DNA of 20,000 nt from Folioceros fuciformis (Eukaryota): NCBI GenBank assembly GCA_049999805.1, contig JBNGIO010005882.1:182482-202481 (forward strand), in the 5' to 3' direction. How positions within the stretch are numbered: position 1 is the first letter of the stretch; each line of letters begins with the position of its first letter. Below, piece by piece: positions 11,109 through 20,000 of this stretch. The position numbers and the translations under genes are program-made. The notes under the pieces were generated by a model. It made no database searches and was not told the origin of the DNA. It saw nothing but the letters and a program-made list of their open reading frames with translations.

Positions 11109-12097
11109 CTACAAGTGTTTGGTGTGTCCTTCGTATTTTTCACATGGGGAAGCACCCAACCACATCATTTTTATTCCTCTCTTTTCATATACATACTCCA
11201 TGGGAACTTCAAGGTCATCCTTTCCTCCAGGAAGAACCAAGTAGGTTGCCTTACATAAATTACCAGCTGGCAGGTAGGAACTAGGAATTTTCTTCTTTGC
11301 ACTTGCTCTCTCTTGAGTAGGTCGTAGAGGTAGGGCAAATCTCATATGACTTGTGCCCACATTTTTATCTACATTTGCAAAATAGAGGCAAATTTTAGGA
11401 AAAAGTTAGTTTAGTTTACCTGGTTTTTTGGTATCATCTTTCCCACTTACTTCTTTGCTCTCCTGTTGTTGCCGCTATAACATCCTCTATTTGGTTATCT
11501 GCACAAGGATGTGACCTCCAGCTTGGGCTACCATCACAAATAGCCTGTTGGGGGGTCTCTTCTTGTTTTATGGAGTCTTTTGACTCTTTTGAATCTTCAT
11601 TTATTTTGAAGTCATCATATTCAGCCTTAGTTGGCGGTGTTGGCTTCATCGGATTATCTACATCCACATTTATTAGCATTTTGTGCAATCAAAACTTTTA
11701 TACAATTTATTTTGCAATTCATTGACTTATCAGTCACTTTGACTTCTCTCACAACGACCTTGGATTTTTTCATCAGCGTTTGCACCACCAGGACGTCATC
11801 ATGCCCACCGGCTATGTCTTCACTCGTCACAACAAGTTGACGGTACCTTGCGAGAAATTCAGCACTGAAGTTAGGATCATCTGTACCTTTCTCAGTATCT
11901 GGTATTGGTGCTGCCGCCTCCCGGAACCACACGATGTTTGCACAGTTTGCCAACTTCCTTTCCTCTTTTCTTCTGGCAAGTATTTTTCTCCTGGCCATGC
12001 GAATTGCTTGCTTAATTTTATTAGCACCCATTTTCTGGCCTCATGGAGCTAGGGGGGCATGGAGCCTCCACTCGGCGTAAACTGCAGCATCAGCCAT
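11109..12097 (-). pseudogene. Antisense accessory gene of unknown function in the pol-to-3'LTR region of copia A
   Basis: Minus-strand ATG at 12097 (AAGATGGC) is in frame with ORF 12031-11654 across one TGA. It is followed by overlapping or adjacent minus-strand ORFs 11688-11434 and 11360-11109, which are rich in K/E/D residues. Confidence 0.5.
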
Positions 12098-12148
12098 CTT
12101 TAGGTGTATTATACAGACCAGGTCTTTAGGTGTATTATATAGACCGGG
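12097..12148. repeat. 26-bp tandem duplication with a minus-strand TATA-like motif
   Basis: TCTTTAGGTGTATTATACAGACCAGG (12097-12122) and TCTTTAGGTGTATTATATAGACCGGG (12123-12148). Confidence 0.9.
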
Positions 12149-13001
12149 AATTAAATATTAATATCAGCTATTTTCAGCAATTTATCAGAAATTGACTTCA
12201 ACAAAAAAAAAAAATCATCAGAATTTTCAGGCTGCAACACGCGCACCTGGAAATCGGAAATTTTTAGGTGGCAACAAGTGCGTGTTTTTCTGGCTGGAAC
12301 ACCCCGCAAATCTTTTGGCTGGATGGTGGCACACCAGGCTCGCTAGATTTCCGACAAAAATCTACAGGCTGGATCGCTGATTGTAGACAGGCTGGATCGC
12401 GACCAGGGCACGCACTGGGCTCACCGGATTGTAGGCTGGAACGCGCTTACTGATGCGCGATTTCTGGTCTGGATTGCTATAGATCTGGGCAGAATTTTCA
12501 GGTTGATCTCAGACAATATGAATCGCGGCATGGCCGCGCGGCTGGTAGTCTTGATTGCGGGCTGAATGGCTGGCAAAATTGGTGGCCGCCTGATGCTCGG
12601 CAGATCAGGGCGCACGGTAAGCTGGATGGATCGCGTTGCGGCGCTCCGGATTGTAGCATAAAGCGGGAGGGAGGGAGAAGGCGGTTTCTCCCCATTCGCC
12701 TCCCCGTCCACTAATTGCGGGGGGTGGGCGCGTGCCCACAACGGGCGTCTGCGACGGGGCCGTCTGGGCCAACCGGTCTGTACCGGCTCCCGCGATGGTA
12801 CCGACTATATGCAAAAAAAAAAGGGGAAAGAAATACTAACCTATTGAGCCTGCCAAAACTCAAACCCACGACCTCCAACCCCTATATGAATGTACTAACC
12901 ACTACACCAATGCATTTTGGTTATAAATAGATGGGTTTTGCCTGTAGTAAACTTTGTATGAGCATAAGTACAAAGGCATTAGACTTCACCCCTATATTCA
13001 T

Positions 13002-13013
13002 GGCGAGTGGGAG
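13002..13013 (+). other. Polypurine tract of copia A
   Basis: GGCGAGTGGGAG directly precedes the LTR start TGATGA. Confidence 0.75.
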
Positions 13014-13273
13014 TGATGAAATGGGTCTAGATTAGGGCACTATTCATTAGGGCCTCGTAACTTTAAACATTATTATCTACCTAGGGTTTATTTAGGTAGT
13101 TAGTGGTTATATTAGTTATATTAGTTGTAACCGCTTACGGTTGCAACTACTCACAGTTGCAACAACTTATGGTTGCAACTGCCCAACCACCTATCCTATT
13201 TAAAGGCTTGTACTTTACTCATTAATTGATTCCGTTGTTTTCCTTCCTATGTGAGAGCTATTGATTCTCATCA
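13014..13273 (+). repeat. 3' LTR of copia A (260 bp)
   Basis: Begins TGATGA and ends TCATCA (perfect 6-bp inverted termini), follows the PPT, and 13080-13273 matches the 5' LTR. Confidence 0.92.
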
Positions 13274-16016
13274 ATACTTCACTTCCACACATGTTGGGTC
13301 TTCGCATGAAACACTGGATTCTTTGCCAATTGAATAGCACTCTGGCTATCACAATGCAACACTGGCAGCTCAACCTTGATCCTCAAATCTCTCACTAAAC
13401 GAGCAAGCCACATTGCTTCCCTGCACGCCTTAGTCGCTGCAACATACTCGGCCTCTGTGGTAGATAGCGTTATGCACAATTGCAAACCAGATCGCCATGA
13501 GACTGCCTCTCCAGTGCACATGAAGACATAACCTGATGTGGACCTCCTTTTGTCCATATCCCCTGCTTTATCAGCATCCGTATATCCCACAACAGATGCA
13601 TCTTCACTACCAAAACATAAGCACAAAGCTTTCGTACCATTTAAGTACCTCATAACTCCTTTCACTGCCTCCGAATGCTTCCTGCCAGGGTTTGACATAA
13701 ACCTGCTAACCACTCCCACTGCAAAGGCAATGTCAAGACGTGTAGCAATCATTGCATACATCAAACTCCCTACAGCTGATGAGTATGGAATTTTCTCCAT
13801 TTCAGCTTTGTCCTCCGTAAAGCTTGGGCAGTCCTTGCTCGACAGTTTTACATATGAAGGCAACGGAGTATTCAATACCTTCCCTTTCTCCATATTGAAA
13901 CGTTGAAGCACCTTGTTAATGTATTCGGTATGAGACAAGTACAACAAACACTTTTGTCTGTCTCGATGAATATGCATGCCAAGAATATGGCTTGCCTCTC
14001 CCAAGTCTGTTATGTCAAAACGACCATTCAACTTTGACTTCAACGCTGAAATCTCATCACTATTAGTCCCAACAATTAGCTCATCTACATAGAGGACCAG
14101 AATGAGCAAGCTTCCATCCTTAGCTTGCTTCATATAAAGGCAATGATCCTCATCGCTATGTTTATAGCCTTGAGAAAGCATAAATGAGTGGAACTTGAAA
14201 TACCACTCCCTAGGTGCCTGCTTCAAACCATAAAGGCTTTTCTTTAACCTGCACACCATATTCTCTTTGCCCTTCTCAATGAAACCCTCTCGTTGTTGCA
14301 TGTATACCTCTTCCTAGAGATCACCATGCAAAAATGCCGACTTCACATCCATCTGGACAAGTTCCATGTCGTTCCTCGCAACCAGACCAAGAACTTATCG
14401 CAAGGTGGTCATTTTGACAATCGGTGAGAAAATCTCATCAAAGTCAATACCTTGCTGTTGCTTAAAACCCTTAGCAACCAATCGCACCTTATACTTGGGT
14501 TTGCCATAATGGGGTATGTCCTTCATCTTATACACCCATTTGCATGGCAACGCCTTCTTGCCCTATGCAACCGAACCAACTCCCAAGTTTGGTTCTTATG
14601 GAGCAAATCCATATGCGATTGCATTGCCTTCTCCCACTTGTCCTTGTCAGTCATTGACATGGCCTCTTGATAACAAGAGGGCTCCCCACAATCCATCAGC
14701 ATGACATAATCAAGAAATGTAACATACCTGTCAGGAGGACGTGAGATCCTTCTTGATCTACGAAGAATAGGCGCCTCGACTTGAGCTGGATGCACTCTCT
14801 CCTCTTGTACAAGTGAAGGAACTTGTTCTTGCACATCACGACGTTCAACCTGCGCGGGACGGTCAAGTCCATCTTCTTGGAAGACCACACGTCGCACCTC
14901 CACTTTTGGAGTAGGCTTCTTGTGCATCTTGGTCTCATTGAAGAACACGTCATTGCTGCGAACCATCCTCTTGGCCTCTGGATCCCACAGACGGTATCCC
15001 ATCTCACCAGATTCACCATAGCCAAGAAAAATACATTTTCTTGACTTAGGAGCCAACTTGTCACGAAACTCCTTCGGAACATGGTAATATGACTTGCAGC
15101 CAAACACTCGTAGATGCTTGTAAGACGACTTCTTCCCAGACCACATCTCCTCTAGAACCTGCTCATCCACAGCCCTATTAGGAGATCTGTTAATAAGATG
15201 CACCGTAGTAACCACTGCTTCTCCCCAAAATCCATTAGGCAATCCAAAGTTTGACAACAAACTACGCATCCTCTCCTGGATGTTCCTGTTCATCCGTTTG
15301 GCCACACAATTCTGGGGAGGAGTATACGGCGCAATCAATTCTCTCTTGATTCCCTTGGAATCACAGAATGACTAGAAAGCCTTTGAGACATACTCTCCCC
15401 CATTGTCTGTCCTCGAACACTTCAGTCGAAGGCCAGACTGATTCTCCACAAGGGTGACGAATTTCTGAAACACTGTCAGAAAATCATCCTTTTTCCTCAA
15501 AGGATAAACCCACACCTTGCGTGAGAAATCATCAATGAAAGTGACAAAATAAGATGCACCGCCTAACGATACAGTGGGCATAGGTCCACAAACGTCACTG
15601 TGGACCAACTCAAGAGGTTTACTTTTGTGTTTACCTCTTGCTCCATGTAGTGACTTTGTTTGTTTCCCATACAAACAGTGCTCACGCTCGGAGAAATCGG
15701 AGAAGTAAAAAATAGGGACATAACCAAAATGAGATAACATGTTCATTCCTTTTTGAGACATATGTCCTAACCGACTATGCCACAAGGAAACACTTGGCTA
15801 TTTCGTTACACAAATCACATTATTCTTGACAGTGGTTACCTGAAGTGAGTACAAAGTGCCACACTTCGATCCACGAGCTAACATAAGAGAACCCTTGGAG
15901 ATCTTCCAAGAACGATCTCCAAACCAACAATGGTAGCCAATGTCATCCAACTGCCCTCATCATGCTTTTGGCCAACTTCAGAACATGCCTAATATCCTTC
16001 AGTACGAATGAAGATC
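13274..16016 (-). mobile_element. Ty1/copia fragment B (Tnt1/Tork-like): end of protease region, integrase, RT, RNase H
   Basis: LKDIRHV, WHSRLGHMS, VHSDVCGP, RTDNGGEY, GYRLWDP, LKKSLYGLKQAPR, LYVD, YTDAD, DSQSAIQLAKNPVFH. Cut at HVEVKY by LTR A and at its 5' side by LTR C. Confidence 0.94.
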
Positions 16017-16203
16017 TGTCAAATATTAACCTTGGACAGCTTTAGTTAGCTATGGTTAGGGTTACACATATATATATTTTGCAACCTTTTGGATATTAGG
16101 GTTTGGTATAAATAACATATGAGATACTTTGTCAATTAATTCATACAGTTTTGTACAAACACGGCCTGCTCTCGCTGCCTAAGTTCCTTCGTGGACATTC
16201 TCA
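16017..16203 (+). repeat. Probable 5' LTR of copia C
   Basis: AT-rich segment from TG (~16017, where copia B coding similarity stops) to CA (16203), with TATAAAT at 16107, followed by a perfect PBS. The left edge is uncertain because the partner LTR is outside the window. Confidence 0.7.
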
Positions 16204-16215
16204 TGGTATCAGAGC
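16204..16215 (+). other. Primer binding site (tRNA-iMet) of copia C
   Basis: Exact TGGTATCAGAGC after CA. Confidence 0.95.
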
Positions 16216-16250
16216 ACAGATGCTCTTTAATTTAGTAGCCTCCATGCACA

Positions 16251-16842
16251 ATGCCTAGACGGGGAGGGTCTACTAGACATGCACGTTCTGTAGCTACAAG
16301 TGTTCGTGGACGCCGAGGGAGACATATACCCAGGCCCCAACAATACATACCAACATTTCACACTTGCAAATCCATCAATTGATTCTCTGTATCGATCTCG
16401 TTGTCGTCAGAGAGGCCATAATCCTAATTTAATTTACACACCCAGGGATTTGCCATCTATGGAATCACTCTTTCACCCGAGAACTGCAACAGAACAGCGT
16501 GATCAGAATTTTGAAACCAGGAATTACTCTCAAATTGCTCAACACCGACAAGGGATTGCTGACAGGACCTTTGCCACAGTTACATGTGTTGAGAAGACGC
16601 TGTCTTTGTTGCTGTCTAATCAGGAGGTGCTGAAGAATAGAGTCGATGACCTTCAACCAGAATCGAATGACCAGATTCCCTGGATTTTTGAGGCCAAATT
16701 ATAGATTACTCACAAGCTGGTGGATTCAATTACGCAGAGATTGCGAGATTTGGACATCAGACTGCGAGGGAGTCTTGTGGATCTACCTCACGAGGGAGAA
16801 TGCCTGCCAATTCTATCTTCTGGTGAAGGCTCAGAGGCGTGA
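16251..16842 (+). pseudogene. Extra upstream ORF of copia C (~195 codons)
   Basis: ATG 16251 gives MPRRGGSTRHARSVATSVRGRRGR. An inferred frameshift leads into ORF 16300-16704, which continues past one TAG to TGA 16840-16842 with heptad-like segments. Confidence 0.5.
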
Positions 16843-17318
16843 TTCTTCCGCTGCTCCAGGCAAGAGAGAGCGCCTAGCACATGCGCAGTGGACTTGACTG
16901 GATATGAAGCGTTGCGTTACAGGCGGTGCCTCTTCGCAGCATGACATCTTCTGCGTGCTCATAGGCTCTAGTGTAGCGCTGCGTCAGTTCATAGGCAAGG
17001 GACACGGCAGTTAGGTCAGGAAACTCTAACGTCATTACTTTTAGGGTTTAGATAGGTACTTACATGACGTTTCGTTAAGTGGCCAGGAAGTAACAGGATA
17101 AGTTTGATGATGAAGTTAGCGAGAGAGGGCTAGGATAAGTCCTTATCGTTTCCCCTTCCTACTACTCCACCCCCCCCCTCCCCACCAGACCATCCCTGTA
17201 CTTCTTGTCAAAATCTTGTGATCTGAGCATGTAAAATTAACATTGTGATGAGCAGGACGTTCAGTTTTACCTGGATCATCGTAGAGCCATAGCTTAATAC
17301 GTACCCTGGTGAAATTGC

Positions 17319-20000
17319 ATGTCCACTGCAGCCATCAACGCATTAGCTCAGCAGTTTCAGAGACTAAACCTGCTACCTAAGCCTGTAATCATGTCACGAC
17401 CCACATTTACCTCTGAGTTGAAAGAGAAGGATCGTTTCAATGGAAATAAGTACCATGTTTGGCATGTCCGCATCAAAGCCATTATGTTGGCTAGAGGTGT
17501 TTGGAATATCATAGATAGAACCTATACTAAACCAAACCCAAGAGCACAGCCTGCACCGTCAGCAGATGACATCGCCAAATGGAACATGGACAACGGCATT
17601 GCTGTTGCCTTGCTGATTAATGGCCTTGATGTTGATCTTGTGCCGGATGTTGAGTCCCTCACAGATGCAGCCGACATTTGGGATCAACTTGAGAGAACCT
17701 ACAAAAGCCAAAACATGATGACCTTGTATGCTGTGCAAACTGAGTTGTACACACTCAAGATGAAAGAGGGAGACAAGATCTCGGCTCATACAAGCCGATT
17801 TGGACAATTGAGAGCTCAAATTACCTCTTTAACTGGAGAAAAGATACTTGAGTCACAGGCTGAGGCTAGGTTGCTGTCTAGTTTACCTCCTTCATATTAG
17901 GCTTTTGTAACAACACAAAATGGCCCTGTGAAGCCAAGTGGCGCTGCTAGTGGTTCTGCAAGCACAATTACAGTAGAAGATGTGATTGGTGCGTTGTACC
18001 AAGAAGAGCAAGCACCTCTCAACTCTGTTGGAGTTCCTAGAAACAAAACAAAGAAGGTGTTAGCCGCTGGCCACAGACCAAATAAGGGCAAGTTCAAACC
18101 CACAAGACCCATAGCAGTTCGCAAACCTGATGCTGGCTCCTCAACTTCCAAGAGGCCAGGCAATTGCAACTGGTGTGGCATTGCTGGCCACTGGGCTCGT
18201 GAATGCAAGAAGAAGGCTGGAGAACTTCAACGTGTCACCAAGAGCGCTGCGAGTGTTTCCATCAAGGACAAACAGTCAGGTGACACCAAACCGTCAATGA
18301 AGATCCTCACTGTTTGCCTAGCTCGATCTGTCCATAGAGAGGGAAGCTGGTACCTTGATTCCGGTGCAACCTCACACATATGTAACAACAAGGATTAGTT
18401 CTTTACCCTCGACACACGCCAGTCAACAGCTAAAGTGCTTCTGGGTGATGAGCAGAACAAATCAAGTCTCCAAATACAAGGCCAAGGTACCTGCAAATTC
18501 AGTTTACATGATGGATCAATTCTGACCCTACAAGATGTGCTATATGTGCCATCTATGGTAAAGAACTTAATGTCCCTGAGCAAGCTGATGCAGCAACAAG
18601 TTTACCACATGAGAGCCTCTGAAGATACTTGCTTGTTCTTCAAAAACACAGATCCCTCCCTGTATGTCTTTAGAGGAATACTGGAGAATGATCTATATAG
18701 ACTTGATGTCTTCACACACAAACAGGTGGCACGCCTAACATCCACAAACACAGAAATTAGCAGTCTTATGGCATGCCCGCCTCTGTCATGTAAATCAACG
18801 CAAGTTGGTAGATATGTCTCTACAGGAGTGCCACAAAGAACCCTTACCTAGATGTTTTAGGGATCTTCCCTCCTGTGAGGCTTACATCATAGCCAAGCAG
18901 AAGCAGCACCCCTTTCCACACCAGGCATCATATAGAGCCAAAGATGTCCTTGAACTTGTGCATGCTGATATTTCGGGCAAGATCCAAGTGCCCTTGCTAG
19001 GTGGTGCCTACTACTATATATGCATCACAAATGATTACTCAAGGTACACCTGGACATACACCATGCATCTCAAAAGTGATACATTTGAGCTACTCAAGGA
19101 CTGGTTTGAAACTGTACAGCGCCAAACTGGAAAATTGGTCAAGTATCTACGAACAGATAACGGCAATTTCCTGCAGGAACATGGGATACAAAGACAACTA
19201 ATTGTCCCGTACACACCCCAACAGAATGGTGTGGCGGAACGTAAAAACCAAACCCTGCTATCTATGACACGCAGTATGCTTCTCTGGGCAGGGTTACCTC
19301 AGAAATTCTGGGCTGAAGCCATTGTTGCTGCTACATATGTGCTCAACTGGTTGTTTAGAAGCTCAGTTCCGTTGATGACACCTTATGAGGCTGTATGGAA
19401 CAAGAAACCCAGTCTGCTCCATCTTCGAGCGTTTGGATCTCGTGCCTTTGCTCTTATTCCTGAAGAGAAACGATGAAAGTTAGATCCACGTGCTCAAGCC
19501 CTCATTTTTATAGGTTACAGCGAAACTAGCGAAGGCATACAAGTTATATAATCCTGTTTCACAGACAACTGCACTTGCTCGTTCAGTTACTTTTATCAAA
19601 CCTACACGCCCTGCTACCCCTGGTTTTCAATCACATCTGGATTCAGAGGGAGCCAATTCAGCTGCTGAGGGAGAATCTTTGGCAACAGAAGAAACATCTG
19701 AATCTGACTTCCCTGAAGATGCTGGCCCGAATCTGATCCCTGTCCCGGCAAACCCTGATCCTATCGAAAAGGACATTGACATTGCTGACCAGTAACAAGG
19801 CCCTGTAGATGATCTTGACCTACACGAGCAAAATGCCCCCGATGACATGGATGGCAATGATCAGAATCACGTTGATGTTGGACCAAATGATGGAAATCTT
19901 GCAGACCTACATGATGACCTACCAGATCCTGTTGTTGAACCGGAGAGAGATGTTGAGCCTCCTCCTGCTGAGCCTGAGCTTAGAAGATCCAGCAGACATA
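17319..20000 (+). pseudogene. Copia C gag-pol (Gag, protease, integrase), disrupted and incomplete at the window edge
   Basis: FNGNKYHVW, LLSSLPPSY, CNWCGIAGHWAREC, WYLDSGATSH, VHADISG, LRTDNG, TPQQNGVAERKN, FWAEA, and an acidic/Pro-rich linker ending LRRSSR. Confidence 0.95.

Larger units (their letters stand above)
5550..13273 (+). mobile_element. Ty1/copia LTR retrotransposon A, near full length, decayed
   Basis: Paired LTRs, PBS, gag-PR-IN-RT-RNase H in copia order, and PPT. Confidence 0.93.

Noticed and set aside
11369-11419. Minus-strand GT-AG intron in the antisense gene
   Set aside because: Plausible signals (AG|GTAAAC...TGTAG), but only 51 nt and it does not by itself join the called ORFs in frame; left unresolved.
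12813-12833. A-run plus GGGGAAAGAAA as the PPT
   Set aside because: Not followed by a TG LTR start; 13002-13013 fits better.
12192-12930. Several short overlapping ORFs on both strands
   Set aside because: Expected from low stop-codon density in GC-rich DNA; no domain signal.

Overview
Eukaryotic, most likely land-plant, repeat-rich DNA with no intact host gene. It is a nest of decayed transposons. (1) 888-~3690 (+): Sola-like/DUF7869-type DDD transposase pseudogene with an inferred GT-AG intron (1630-2127), preceded by a compound tandem repeat. (2) ~4359-5549 (+): Ty3/gypsy non-chromovirus integrase fragment. (3) 5550-13273 (+): near-complete Ty1/copia element A with a 5'-truncated 5' LTR, tRNA-iMet PBS, gag-pol broken by stops and frameshifts, PPT, and a full 260-bp 3' LTR. 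(4) 13274-~16016 (-): Tnt1-like copia fragment B, cut at both ends by other elements. (5) ~16017-20000 (+): copia element C, related to A and running off the window. The most unusual observations are the accessory coding capacity of A and C. Both carry a ~180-200 codon basic/coiled-coil ORF between PBS and gag. A also carries a ~2.1 kb pol-to-LTR region holding a decayed antisense gene with a duplicated TATA-like motif and a CpG-rich upstream block. All family assignments come from recognising motifs by eye; no database searches were run.
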